Below, piece after piece: positions 11,447 to 22,124 of a stretch of DNA of 64,000 nt. The notes below the pieces were generated by a model. It did no database searches and was not told the DNA's origin. It saw only the letters and a list, made by a program, of their open reading frames with translations. Numbering within the stretch: the first letter of the stretch is position 1; every line of letters starts with the position of its first letter. Source of the stretch: an uncultured delta proteobacterium (lineage in GTDB: Bacteria; Desulfobacterota; Desulfomonilia; UBA1062); assembly GCA_963785235.1 (NCBI GenBank), contig CAWAUM010000001.1, positions 352,001 through 416,000 of the forward strand, read 5' to 3'. The position numbers and the translations under genes are program-made.

Positions 11447-11464
11447 TCAGTGACTGGTTACTGA

Positions 11465-12406
11465 TCATTTGTCACTGAGACGATAGCATTCACCTTCTTG
11501 GACCACCAACTCTTTCTCCATAAGCCCTTCCAGGTGCTTGAGGATCATCTGCCCTTCCCCGAACCACAGGAGCTCGTCCGAGACCGAGGCATGGTCGGCA
11601 TCGTAGAAGGGTGAGAGCCTTGTGAGATCTTCTATGCCCATGAGGGGCGATTCTGAAAGGAGGCCCAGGATCTGGCGGTCGCGCTCCTCGAAGAATGCTT
11701 GAAAGGCGTGGAGCCGCTTCTTGATGTACGGGTTCTTGAGCGGCCGTGCATGGGATGAGAGGTAGATCTCTGCGGGTATCTCCATGGTCTGGGCAATGGA
11801 ATTCTTGAACAATGCTATGTCGCACTCCGGGTTGCCGTACCACGGCCCGAAGGGACTCAGGTCAATGTCGAATCCCATGAGGATCTTTTCATCCGGCGAC
11901 CAGAAACAATAGTGGTCATTCAGATGCCCCGGGGTGTACAGGGCTATGAAGCTCATGGACCCGCTTGAGAATTCATATTCATGGCTGAAGGTCGACGTGA
12001 CGGTGAAGTCCTGAAAGCCGGTTAGTGCAGGGTAGGTCTCCATCCAGGTGGTGAAGAGCTGTTCGTCCACAAACCGCATGGCCAGGAGCTCTGCTGTTGC
12101 AATGGTATCGCTGTCCTCCCCGGGCACCATGATCTCGGACCCGGAGGTCTTTTGCAGAAGCCAGCATCCCGAGGTATGGTCCAGGTGGGAGTGCGACACG
12201 AAAACCCGGTCTATCCTGACCTCGGAGCAGATCTTCTCGATGATGTCCAAGCCGCACCCCGTATCGAAAAGCACGTTCACTGTGTCCAGGACTAGGAAGG
12301 CGTTGCAGAAAGGCGACCGGCCCCGGTTGTTTCCATGGATCACATGGAGAGAGTCCGTAACGCTGGTGATACGTATGCCTTGTGCAGTGAGTTTGTCTAA
12401 AATCAT
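11465..12406 (-). CDS. Metallo-beta-lactamase-fold hydrolase with C-terminal winged helix
   Basis: SHSHLDH (HxHxDH), TPGH, FDID, SSH motifs; start probably ATG 12406 (ORF track extends to 12439). Confidence 0.85.
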   Translation of the reverse strand: MILDKLTAQGIRITSVTDSLHVIHGNNRGRSPFCNAFLVLDTVNVLFDTGCGLDIIEKICSEVRIDRVFVSHSHLDHTSGCWLLQKTSGSEIMVPGEDSDTIATAELLAMRFVDEQLFTTWMETYPALTGFQDFTVTSTFSHEYEFSSGSMSFIALYTPGHLNDHYCFWSPDEKILMGFDIDLSPFGPWYGNPECDIALFKNSIAQTMEIPAEIYLSSHARPLKNPYIKKRLHAFQAFFEERDRQILGLLSESPLMGIEDLTRLSPFYDADHASVSDELLWFGEGQMILKHLEGLMEKELVVQEGECYRLSDK

Positions 12407-12591
12407 AGGATAGTGCAGGACTCTATACCCGATCTGCACGGACGGTCAAGGGGGTCTAAGGTAATAGTAAGGTGAATAGTGAAAATGGCCTGTAAAGCCC
12501 CATGTCGCCCTGAAGCCGGACATCGTCTCTCATCATTACAACCTCTATATTTGGACCCCCAGTTCTTTTGTGAATATCCGGATTGACAGTC

Positions 12592-15352
12592 TCATGGTGT
12601 TTTTCCTTTCTTTCGCCGGGACCGGGTTGCTCCGGTAACCGGTTTATCTTGTCCGTGTTTTTGCGTCTGGAACCGCTTTTCCGACCGCTCCAGTTCTTCC
12701 TTCTGTTCTCCGATCCGATTTTCCATGGCGGACTGGGTTGTGCGCAACTCGGCCTCCAGTTTTTTGGAAACGGTGACATCCGTAAAGGTGATCACCACGC
12801 CGTCAATCCGGTTGTCCAGGGTGCGGTAGGGGATGATGCGCACCATGAACCAGCGGCCGTCGCTGGCAGCGACCGGCTTCTGGATGGAGATCAGGGTCCG
12901 CAGGACTTCCTGCGCATCATCGGCCAGTCCGGGATAGACCATATTCGAGGCGATGTCGGTGATGGGCCTGCCCATATCGCCGGGGATCAGCTTGATGATC
13001 TGGGACGTCTTGGTGGTGAAACGCCGCACATTGAGCGACGCATCCAGAAACAAAATGGCAATGTCCGTGCTGTCGAGGAGGTTTTTCATGTCGTTTGCGG
13101 TCCGGGAAAGCTCGTCCACCTTGGACTGCAACTCATTATTGACCGTCTGCAGCTCCTCGTTCATGGACTGCATCTCTTCCTTGGAGGTGGTCAGCTCCTC
13201 ATTGGTGCTCTGCAATTCCTCATTGGTGGACTGCATTTCCTCGTTGCTGGATTTGAGTTCTTCCTGGGAGGTCTGCATCTCTTCACGGGTGATATGCAGC
13301 TCATTGCGTGCCCGTTCAAGTTCCCGCTCCAGAGTCGCCGACCGGGCGCTGTGGCCGGTATCCTTTTTGCCCGGACCCGCCTTTTCGGCGGGCTTGGCCG
13401 CTTCTTTAAAGACAATCATGACCATGCCCCGCAGGGTCTCCGGTTCAGCAATGGATTGGAGCGAGACGTCCACTTCCTGAACCCCTGCCTCGTTTTTCAC
13501 CTGCAGGCCCTTGAGAATGACAGGGTCCTTCTGTCGGTACGCCTTGTAGAAGGCAACCAACAGCTCGGAGTGCAGTCCTTCGCGGGCCATGGCAAAGATG
13601 TTCAAGTTGGCCTTGCCGGCCGCCGGTTCCAGGTACTTGCCGGTTCGCCCGTTGATGTAGATGATGTCGCCCTTGTCGTTCGTCAGTACGGCCGCCGGTG
13701 CATAGTGCGTGAGGAGCAGTTGATCCGCCAGCGTCTGGAGGTTGAGGACAGGCTTGTGCTCAACGGGAAAGACGGGTGTCTCCTGCAAGGCGGGGAAAAA
13801 GGAGACGGGAAACTCAACAGGCCCGGCACTCAGTGGGTTGAATGATCTTCCTGTAGAGCCTTGTCTTGGCGTCCAGCGGGGCGAAAAGATCGGTAAAGGT
13901 GCCGATGGTCTCCGCGCTCCCCAGAAACAGTACACCGCCTTTATTCAGAGAGTAGTGAAACATGGGGAAGAGCTTTTTCTGGATTTCCGGCTCCAGATAG
14001 ATGAGGAGGTTCCGGCAGATCAGGATGTCGAGCTTGGTAAAGGGTGGGTCCATGATGACGTTCTGCGTGGCGAAGATCACCATTTCCCGGATCTCCTTTT
14101 TCACCCGGTAGCCCCGCTCTTCCTGGCGGGTGAAGAAACGTTGCAGGCGCTCCTTGGAGACGTCGGCGGTAATGTTGACCGGATAGGCTCCCGAGCGGGC
14201 CTTGTCGATGGCTTCCTTGTCCAGGTCGGTGGCAAAAACATGCAGCGAAAAGCTGCCGGAGGGCTTTATCTTTTCCAGTGCCTCATTGAAGACAATGGCC
14301 AGGGAATAAGCCTCCTCCCCGGTGGAGCAACCGGGCGTCCAGGCACGGATTACCCCACCGGCCGGCCTGGCCTTGAGAAGCGCCGGGATGATTTCGTCCC
14401 GTAATTGCGCCCAAGCCGCTTCATCGCGGAAGAAACTGGTGACGCCGATCAGGAGCTCCTTAAAGAGCAGTTCAACTTCCTGGGGGTTCTCCTGAAGATA
14501 TCTGACATAGTTCGCGATGCGGTCAATCTGGTGGATACTCATGCGCCGCTCGATCCGGCGGTAGACACTGCTTTTCTTGTACAGGGAAAAGTCATGGCCG
14601 GTCTTTGTTCGAAGCAAGATAAAGACCTTTGCCAGGGAACTCTGTGCCTTGTCCTCAAGGGAACGCTCAGGACGGATGATAAGGGGGGCGTGCTTGAGAT
14701 AGGTCATGATACTGCCGGGCAGATCCTCCACCTTTGCGACGATGTCGGCCAGTCCCGCGTCAATGGCGCTCCGGGGCATGCCGTCGAACTTGGCCGAGGT
14801 GGGCGCCTGGACAAAGGCCACTCCGGCCTTTTCTTTCATGGCCCTCAAGCCCAGCGTGCCGTCGGAGCCCATGCCCGAAAGAATGACACCGATGCTTTTA
14901 TCCTGCAGGTCATCCGCCAAGGAACGGAAAAAGGAATCAATGGGCAGGCGAAGCCCCCGGGGCACCATTGGATCGAGCAGGTGCAGGACCCTGTGCAGGA
15001 TGGACAGATCGCGGTTGGGAGGGATTACATAGACACAATCCGGCTCCACTTTCATCCGGTCCCTGATCTGGACTACCGGCATGGGGGTGGAGCGTTGGAG
15101 CAACTCCACCATGATTCCCTTGTGGGTCGGGTCCAGGTGCTGGACCACTACAAAGGCCATGCCGCTCTTTTCCGGCACGTTTTTCAGGAAAAGATCCAGG
15201 GCCTCCAGCCCGCCGGCAGATGCTCCGATGCCCACGATGGGGAAGGCTTGATCGGCAGTTCGCAGCTCAATTTTTTCCGGGGCCGCTGTATCCTTCGGGA
15301 CAGCTGTGCCGGACTTGATTTTTCTGCCTGTGGGCTTCACGTGTTTTTTCAT
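12592..15352 (-). CDS. CheB-CheR fusion (methylesterase + methyltransferase + PAS + coiled coil + PAS), no kinase domain; one frameshift near 13830
   Basis: CheB GASAGG, VQHL, GMGSDG; CheR GCSTGEEAYS, ATDLD, CRNLLIY; EELQSTNEEL heptad repeats; C-terminal PAS_10-like domain. Confidence 0.9.
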
Positions 15353-15446
15353 CGTTTCATGCCATCCTTCGTTATATAACTTTATATAACCTTCTCTTGG
15401 TACAGTGATCTCGATAATATATTAATAGCGTTAATGAAATATATGC

Positions 15447-15476
15447 AAGAGACATCTTGGGAAGAGACATCTTGGG
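15447..15476. repeat. 15 bp tandem duplication upstream of cheBR
   Basis: AAGAGACATCTTGGG x2. Confidence 0.8.
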
Positions 15477-15530
15477 AAATATATCTGCCTGAGATTACAT
15501 CCACCTCATCTGATTATCGTAATGATAACG

Positions 15531-17303
15531 CTAACCCTGCTTATCAGGAAAGCTCAGTACCCGCTCCAGTTCTTTTCTCAATTGCTGGTACCTGTAGGGC
15601 TTCTGGATGAAACCGGCCAGACCCTTGCCGGTAAAACGCTCAGCGACCTCCTTCTTGCTGTAACCGCTTGAGAGAATAATCTTTACATCAGGGCGTATCT
15701 GTTTCAGGGCCTTGAATGTTGCAATTCCATCCATCCGGGGCATGGTCAGGTCAAGGATTACGCAGTCAATCTCATCGGCATGCTTCTGGAAGGCTTCAAC
15801 GGCTTCCTTTCCATCTAGAGCCGTCCGTACTGTGTAACCCGAACGGGTCACCATCTCCTTGCTGAAGTTTATCATTTCGTCCTGGTCATCCACAATGAGT
15901 ATTGTCCCTCTGACGGATAAAGGCCCCGGGGGGGCCGGCAGCATTATCCCCGTCGATTCCGGTTTCACTGATTCGGGTAGTGCCGCTTCGGATACAGGAA
16001 AGATTGTACGAACCGTTGTTCCCTTGTTCACCCTGCTGTCAACAAAGATGGCCCCTTTATGGCCCCGGATGATACCATAAACCGCTGACATGCCCAATCC
16101 CCGACCGGCAAATTTTGTGGTGAAAAAGGGTTCGAAGATTCGATTCAGTGCTTCCTCTTCCATCCCGCAGCCCGTATCGGCGACGTCGAGATAAACGAAC
16201 CTGCCCGGAGAGGGCTTTTCATCGATGCGGCTTTTCAGGAGATCGGTCTCTGTATAGAACTCAGTACCTGTTGAGATGGTTATAGTCCCGGGTGTTTCAC
16301 CCAGTGCTTCGGCAGCGTTGGTAATGAGGTTTATAACGACCTGCTGCAGCTGGCTTGCATCTGCCAGAATAAGAGGCACGTCAAGTTTCACAGGAAGGTT
16401 CAGGTTTGTTGTCTGAGGAATGGCCGCAATGAGGAGGTCGATGTTCTCCTGTAAGAGGATGCCGAGATTCACAATTTCCGGGGTGAACCCACCCTGCCCG
16501 GTGTAGGCAAGCATCTGCCTGACCAGATGGGCCGCACGCTCGGATGCCTGGACCGCTTTTTCAATGCGCGCCCTTGTGGATGAGTCTGGAGAGGGTTTGT
16601 CAAGTGCCAGCTCCAGGTTCCCCAGGATAACGGCCAGAAGGTTATTGAAATCGTGGGCGATGCCTCCTGAAAGGGTGATCATGCTCTCCAGTTTCTGCAG
16701 ATGGAGAAGACGGCGTTCCAATTCCAACCTTACCTGCTCCACCATCTTTTCCTCGGAGATATCGCTCATCACGACCTTGTACGCGATGGATTCGCTCTCT
16801 CCTGTCTGAACAGTGGTAGCCTCCACCCGCACCCAGAACATGGAGCCCTCCCGGCGAATCATCCTCAGTTCGAATGTCTGCGGCGTGCCCATTCCCATGA
16901 GCTGTTTGCGATTCATGTAATAGATGTCCTGGTCCTCTCTGAAGATAAAGCGGGTGATGGGCTTGTTAACCAGAGCGCTCCGATCTGCCCCGAGCAACTT
17001 TGAGGCAGTCAGGTTCGCCTCCAGGATCATCCCTTTCTCATTCAGGGTAAGATACCCCACCGGGGCGAGGTCAAAGAGGTCGAAATACTTGGCACGGGAG
17101 ATCTCCAGCTCCACCTGCATCCGTCGCAGTTCTTCGTTCTGCATCTCCAGCTCGATCTGGTGCACCTGTAATTCGTGGAGCAGGCCCTGGGAATGTTCCG
17201 GAGAGATGCCATCCTGGCCGGCAGAGGGATTCTTCAGTCGTTTTTCTGCTCGCTGGCGCAGATCCTCAGCGTGCCTTTTGATTCTATCATCTCCGGCCAT
17301 CAC
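15531..17303 (-). CDS. Hybrid histidine kinase (coiled coil-PAS-HisKA-HATPase-REC)
   Basis: GGIAHDFNNLL H-box, NLITNA, DTGCG, FEPFFTTK, GRGLGM, REC with DLTMP and KP. Confidence 0.93.
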   Translation of the reverse strand: MMAGDDRIKRHAEDLRQRAEKRLKNPSAGQDGISPEHSQGLLHELQVHQIELEMQNEELRRMQVELEISRAKYFDLFDLAPVGYLTLNEKGMILEANLTASKLLGADRSALVNKPITRFIFREDQDIYYMNRKQLMGMGTPQTFELRMIRREGSMFWVRVEATTVQTGESESIAYKVVMSDISEEKMVEQVRLELERRLLHLQKLESMITLSGGIAHDFNNLLAVILGNLELALDKPSPDSSTRARIEKAVQASERAAHLVRQMLAYTGQGGFTPEIVNLGILLQENIDLLIAAIPQTTNLNLPVKLDVPLILADASQLQQVVINLITNAAEALGETPGTITISTGTEFYTETDLLKSRIDEKPSPGRFVYLDVADTGCGMEEEALNRIFEPFFTTKFAGRGLGMSAVYGIIRGHKGAIFVDSRVNKGTTVRTIFPVSEAALPESVKPESTGIMLPAPPGPLSVRGTILIVDDQDEMINFSKEMVTRSGYTVRTALDGKEAVEAFQKHADEIDCVILDLTMPRMDGIATFKALKQIRPDVKIILSSGYSKKEVAERFTGKGLAGFIQKPYRYQQLRKELERVLSFPDKQG

Positions 17304-17330
17304 TCACCTCCCGGGTAGTGCAAAGGTAAG

Positions 17331-17346
17331 AGCAAATGGCCTGCCA
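17331..17346 (-). promoter_or_regulatory. Sigma54 (-24/-12) promoter for the hybrid kinase gene
   Basis: Minus strand TGGCAG-GCCAT-TTGCT, exact GG-N10-GC spacing, ~28 nt upstream of the start codon. Confidence 0.75.
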
Positions 17347-17445
17347 TTCATCGATGGAAGATCATGCGGTTGGAATCGCCATTTAATAAAATGGGGTTAG
17401 ATGAACAGGGGTGAACAACGGGAAAGTATGAAATGATCCGATTAG

Positions 17446-17479
17446 CCTCAATATTTGGTGGTGCCTCAATATGCTGAGG
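17446..17479. promoter_or_regulatory. Candidate EBP upstream activating sequence
   Basis: Direct repeat CCTCAATAT x2 (18 nt period), second copy palindromic CCTCA-ATATGC-TGAGG, 100-135 bp upstream of the sigma54 promoter. Confidence 0.5.
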
Positions 17480-17504
17480 GATACGTTGAAGGGAGGTGGA
17501 CAGT

Positions 17505-19166
17505 CTAATTTGAGTATTTTCTCTTCGGTCGGACTATCCCGAGCTTATGCATCCTCGCCCGTAAGGTACTCGGGTGCATGCCCAGGATCGCCGCGGCCTT
17601 GTCCTTTCCCTCGATTCGCCACCTCGTTTCAGAAAGGATTTTAAGAATATGGTTTCGCTCCACCTCTTCTAAGGTCCTCAACGTGGATGAACGTGTGGTG
17701 GATGAAATATCCAGCTTGTCCGTCAGTTGCAGAACCGGCCCGGGGCACAAGATCACGGCCCGTTCAATGATGCTTTCCAGCTCCCGGACGTTCCCTGGCC
17801 ATGGGTATTCCTGCAATGCCTTCATCGTTTCCTTCTGGATGGACGTGATCTGTTTGCCCAATTTCCTGGCATACCTCTCTACGAAGGCTTGGACCATGGG
17901 CGGGATATCTTCTTTGCGGTGCCTAAGTGGCGGGATCGAGATGGAAAAGACGTTGAGCCGGTAGTAAAGGTCCTGCCGGAACCGACCCTTGCGGATCTCT
18001 TCCTCAAGGTCTCGATTGGTCGTTGCAATGATCCGCACATCGACCTTGATGGTATGGGACGAGCCCAGGCGCTCAAACTCGTTATGCTGAATCACCCGGA
18101 GCAGCTTTGACTGCAACTCAAGGGGCAGCTCCCCGATCTCGTCCAGGCAAATGGTGGAGCCATTGGCCACCTCGAACCGGCCTACCCGCCGGGCATCGGC
18201 CCCGGTAAATGCCCCCTTCTCCCGGCCGAACAATTCGCTCTCTATTAAATTGGCCGGCAGGGCGGCACAGTTGACCGTTATCAATGGCCGTTCCTTGCGG
18301 GGACTCATGTTATGGATGGCGGCAGCGATCAGCTCTTTTCCCGTACCGGTTTCACCAAGGATGAGGATCGTTGTGTTGGCAGGGGCAACTTGTTCCGCCC
18401 GGTAGAGAACATACTTGAGCCCGTCGCTTTTCCCGATAATATTCTCAAATTGATGCTTCTTTTTATTCTCGTTGCGGAAGTAAATGTTCTCGGCCTCGAG
18501 CTGTTCTTTCAATGTGTTGATTTCAGAAAGGGCTGTCCTGAGTTCAATTGTCCGCTCCTCTACACGTTGTTCCAGTTCGTTGTGAGCTTCTTGTAAAGCC
18601 TCTCCTAAACGTTTCTGTATGGAGATATCGCTCATGACAACCTTGTACATGAACAAACCGCTGTCACTTGAGAGTTTGGCGCTCGTCTCCATGAGTATCC
18701 AGAGGGTGGAACCGTCTTGGCGCATCATCCTCAATTCGAACGTCTGCGGCATGCCCGTTTCGAGAAGTAGCTTGTTCTGCAGGCAGTAACCGGCCTGGTC
18801 CTCACTGATGATAAATCGTATAAGGGGCTGTTTGACCAGAGAACTTCGTTCTATCCCGAGTAACCGTGAGGCTGTCAGGTTCGCCTCCAGGATGAGCCCT
18901 TTCTCATCCAGGGTAAGATACCCCACCGGGGCGAGGTCAAAGAGGTCAAAATACTTGGTCCGGGAGATTTCCAGCTCCTCCTGCGACCGGTGCAGTTCTT
19001 TGTTCTGCATTTCCAGCTCGATCTGGTGCACCTCTAGTTCGTGGAGCAGGCGCTGGGTTTTTTCCAGTGAGATGTCGCCCTGGCCGGCAGGGCGATCCTT
19101 CAATTCTGCCTCTGCGCGACTGCGCAGGTTTGTTGAGCTAGTCTTTATTGCATCTTTTTTAGTCAT
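17505..19166 (-). CDS. Sigma54-dependent enhancer-binding protein (coiled coil-PAS-AAA+-Fis HTH)
   Basis: [46 protein letters not shown]-terminal HTH. Confidence 0.95.
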   Translation of the reverse strand: MTKKDAIKTSSTNLRSRAEAELKDRPAGQGDISLEKTQRLLHELEVHQIELEMQNKELHRSQEELEISRTKYFDLFDLAPVGYLTLDEKGLILEANLTASRLLGIERSSLVKQPLIRFIISEDQAGYCLQNKLLLETGMPQTFELRMMRQDGSTLWILMETSAKLSSDSGLFMYKVVMSDISIQKRLGEALQEAHNELEQRVEERTIELRTALSEINTLKEQLEAENIYFRNENKKKHQFENIIGKSDGLKYVLYRAEQVAPANTTILILGETGTGKELIAAAIHNMSPRKERPLITVNCAALPANLIESELFGREKGAFTGADARRVGRFEVANGSTICLDEIGELPLELQSKLLRVIQHNEFERLGSSHTIKVDVRIIATTNRDLEEEIRKGRFRQDLYYRLNVFSISIPPLRHRKEDIPPMVQAFVERYARKLGKQITSIQKETMKALQEYPWPGNVRELESIIERAVILCPGPVLQLTDKLDISSTTRSSTLRTLEEVERNHILKILSETRWRIEGKDKAAAILGMHPSTLRARMHKLGIVRPKRKYSN

Positions 19167-19542
19167 TACTAATCTCTAAGATGGTAGTGTTTACAAATAC
19201 CTATTATAGAATATCGCTGGATTACATGCAATGGCAGCTCTTGTGATCATAACTTTCAGATACCAGAATTAGTATATAAAAGAACTGAATAATCTTCGAT
19301 ACATATTTTCTATTTAGTAACCAGGACTGCATGAATGGATTGTAGGTTACGTCGTGAAGATTTTTTAGGACAATACCTGCGAAAGGCCGGCCTAGACGTA
19401 TCTGGGCCGGCCCTCAATAAGGGGTAGGAAAGTCTGACTATAGTAGGACTGAGTCTGGTCAAGTCAAGGCCCTGTCTTTTGTCCCGACTCTTTGATATTG
19501 TCCCCACGCGAGTAAGTTGATGGCCTCATGGACGGGTAGTCC

Positions 19543-20952
19543 TTATAGCCCTTCCATAAGCCTTTGAAAATCCCCCGAATCTTCGAGTATCTCGGGTCCT
19601 ATTGTGCGCAAATCGTCAACCTCTTTCTTTTTCAGGCTGAAGGCCGTTGGCATGTTCAGGAAGTATTCCCGCTTTTTGTGATCCTTGATCTGATCAAAAC
19701 CGATATAAATCCCATAGGTATCCACAGGCTCCGGCGGTTTGGCCGGCATACTGGTCCCAGGGCAGTTTTTATCAAGAACATCCCTGCAGTCATCGTAGTT
19801 CTGAGAGTCTCTGCGCCATTCATCGAAGGTGTTAAAGAGCTCCTGCACGGTTTCGAACGAGTAGTTGCTCATGGGCACGGATGCGATAGTATCTACTATC
19901 GCGAACAGCCCAGGGCTGCGCGGTGTCTTGTCAATCTGTGTCTTGGGCTCTGTGCGCGCATCAACGACAATGACCACGATCTTTTTGATTTTTCCCTGGT
20001 TCATTTTATTCGGCAGGTTCCACGCCAGGTCGTTCGATCCCAGGGCCACAAATACGCTGCGAAGTCCGATGTTGTCTGCCACCCCGCCGTCGAGCAGGTG
20101 GATGTATGTGCGCTCATCCTTATTCAGATAGGAGCGTGCAATGCGCGCGCGGTTGAAGCGCGGCGGGTTGTCGAGCAGATCCTTTGACGCCTCCTCCATC
20201 CAGGACGGTTCCTGATAACCGCACGTACCGGCATAATTGTTTACTATCATGGGGGTGAACGCGATGGGGAAGTTCGATGACGCCGCAACGGCACGTGCCA
20301 CGTGAACGCCGTTCAAGTCCGAGCACAGCAGGTCGAACTGATCCTGGGTGAAGGTGAACGGCGAGCCGAAAGTCATATCCGTGGCATTGATCATGATGAA
20401 GGGCCGGCGGGACCGGCTGGTCAGGTCGCCGAAGTCCTTCTGCCGGAAGATCTCCTGGTCATAGATCTCCTCGGCAAGGTCGATCCGGCCGAAGTAGGGA
20501 GAGGCAAGCCGGAACCAGTTTATGGGGTTGAACATGGAGACTATGAGGTCCGACTGGATGTTCCGGTACAAGAACACCTTCTGATATTTTTCCGGATCAA
20601 ACAGCTCGTCACCGAACAGGCCGTAGTAGGCTGCAGTGAAGCTTCCCCCGGAGATGCTGGAGATGACATCCACCTCATCGAGAAGACGTCTCTCCTTGCC
20701 TTCCCACCGGATCTTCGTATCACGCAGTTTCTCCAGCACGCCGTAAGAAAGCGCTGCGGCCCTTGTCCCTCCCCCGGAGAAGGTCAGGATGACGAAGAGG
20801 CTGTCGGAAATTTCCCGTGTGGCGAGGTTCTCAAAGCGGTATCCGGCCTGCGGGTCGTATTGGGCAAGGGGAGGGTTGACCGGATACGTGGCGCAGCCTG
20901 TCAGGATAAGGATGATGACTGCGGCCAGGGCCGTTTGGAGACGGGTTTTCAT
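19543..20952 (-). CDS. Patatin-like phospholipase lipoprotein
   Basis: Lipobox LTGC, SGGGTRAAA, SSISGGS nucleophile elbow, DGG motif. Confidence 0.88.
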   Translation of the reverse strand: MKTRLQTALAAVIILILTGCATYPVNPPLAQYDPQAGYRFENLATREISDSLFVILTFSGGGTRAAALSYGVLEKLRDTKIRWEGKERRLLDEVDVISSISGGSFTAAYYGLFGDELFDPEKYQKVFLYRNIQSDLIVSMFNPINWFRLASPYFGRIDLAEEIYDQEIFRQKDFGDLTSRSRRPFIMINATDMTFGSPFTFTQDQFDLLCSDLNGVHVARAVAASSNFPIAFTPMIVNNYAGTCGYQEPSWMEEASKDLLDNPPRFNRARIARSYLNKDERTYIHLLDGGVADNIGLRSVFVALGSNDLAWNLPNKMNQGKIKKIVVIVVDARTEPKTQIDKTPRSPGLFAIVDTIASVPMSNYSFETVQELFNTFDEWRRDSQNYDDCRDVLDKNCPGTSMPAKPPEPVDTYGIYIGFDQIKDHKKREYFLNMPTAFSLKKKEVDDLRTIGPEILEDSGDFQRLMEGL

Positions 20953-21182
20953 CGATCACCTCCCAAGGGCCGGAAATCTTCGATGCGCATAGGTTTGATG
21001 GAAGTCGTATTCCGGATACTTTTCTCGATGGATGCGGGCTGATAATCCTGCGGGTCTCCCAGGTCGAACGTATGGTGTCCCCGTTCCACCCTGAGCGTAT
21101 CGTTGGTCTTTCCCGCAATCTGCCCATCGATACGAACATCCCGGGCCGTGGGATAGGAAACCACTACATATTCCATTCTCAT
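20949..21182 (-). CDS. Small PEGA-like beta-domain protein, translationally coupled to the patatin
   Basis: VSYPTARDVRIDG...GKTN..LRVERG.H pattern; RBS GGAGGAG; 4 nt overlap with the patatin start. Confidence 0.6.
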   Translation of the reverse strand: MRMEYVVVSYPTARDVRIDGQIAGKTNDTLRVERGHHTFDLGDPQDYQPASIEKSIRNTTSIKPMRIEDFRPLGGDR

Positions 21183-21517
21183 GATTCTCCTCCTCCATTA
21201 CAAGGGTGCTGCCAATAAACCTCGATGTCAACTAATTACAGTCTACATTATAGGGCGAAGTCAATCAAGGTCTTAAAAAAAGGTCAACCCTCAGTAGCTC
21301 CTAGTTTTGTTAATGCCAGCATAAATCCTTCGACATCCGGGGCCGGTGCTTAATATGAACCCGTCCCCAGTTTCTCCAGTTTCCGCAAATCAGCGTATCG
21401 CCCCATTTATTGCCAATAAAATGACACATCGCAAATAAACCTGTTGATAATACGACGGTTATCCGGGTACCAAGCTATAACATAATGATTTTATGAATTA
21501 ATAAACACTGCCAATTC

Positions 21518-21533
21518 TGGCACCATTCGTGCA
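21518..21533 (+). promoter_or_regulatory. Putative sigma54 promoter of the receiver gene
   Basis: TGGCAC-CATTC-GTGCA with GG-N10-GC spacing, ~105 nt upstream of ATG 21640. Confidence 0.55.
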
Positions 21534-21639
21534 ATTCCGATGGCATGGGAAATAAGTTACTTGGGGGCCTGCTCACAAGTGATGCATGCAATGAAGGCCG
21601 AGATCAGGGATAGATCAATGACATAAGGGAGTTAAGGGC

Positions 21640-22038
21640 ATGAAGAGAATACTGCTTGTGGAAGATGATGAGCATATCCAATTCCTCATCAGGGAAGAAC
21701 TAATGGAAAACGGCTATGAGGTCGCCATAGCATCCGACGGGGTTGAGGCCATGAAGATGCTCCAGGCCGAAGGGGCGTTAAGCCCAGACCTTATCATTCT
21801 GGACATTCGCATGCCCAAGATGGACGGGTTCGAGACCATGGGACACATCCTGAAGTCCAAGATCGACTCTCCCATTATCATCCACTCGGCATACTCGGGC
21901 TACAAGAACCACCCGCTCACCATGGCCGCAGATGCCTATGTGGTCAAGTCGCATAATTTTACCCAGCTCAATGAGACCATAAGCGGTCTGCTGGGGATGA
22001 AAGATCCCATTGCCGTTGTGGCAGGAACTGCTGCATAG
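21640..22038 (+). CDS. Single-domain response regulator (receiver)
   Basis: ILLVEDD, LDIRMPKMDG, SAY, AADAYVVKS. Confidence 0.9.
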   Translation: MKRILLVEDDEHIQFLIREELMENGYEVAIASDGVEAMKMLQAEGALSPDLIILDIRMPKMDGFETMGHILKSKIDSPIIIHSAYSGYKNHPLTMAADAYVVKSHNFTQLNETISGLLGMKDPIAVVAGTAA

Positions 22039-22124
22039 TAACCGGGTTCTTTTTTTAAGACCTTTTCCTTCTTGAACATCGCGTGCAAGAGGTGCATGCT
22101 TAAGGTCCAAGGAGGTGGGTCAGT

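Noticed and set aside
13130-13300. 21 bp quasi-tandem repeats
   Set aside because: They encode the heptad coiled coil of CheBR and are not an independent DNA repeat
19380-19415. GGCCGGCC hairpin as an ncRNA
   Set aside because: Adequately explained as a terminator-like stem downstream of the patatin gene
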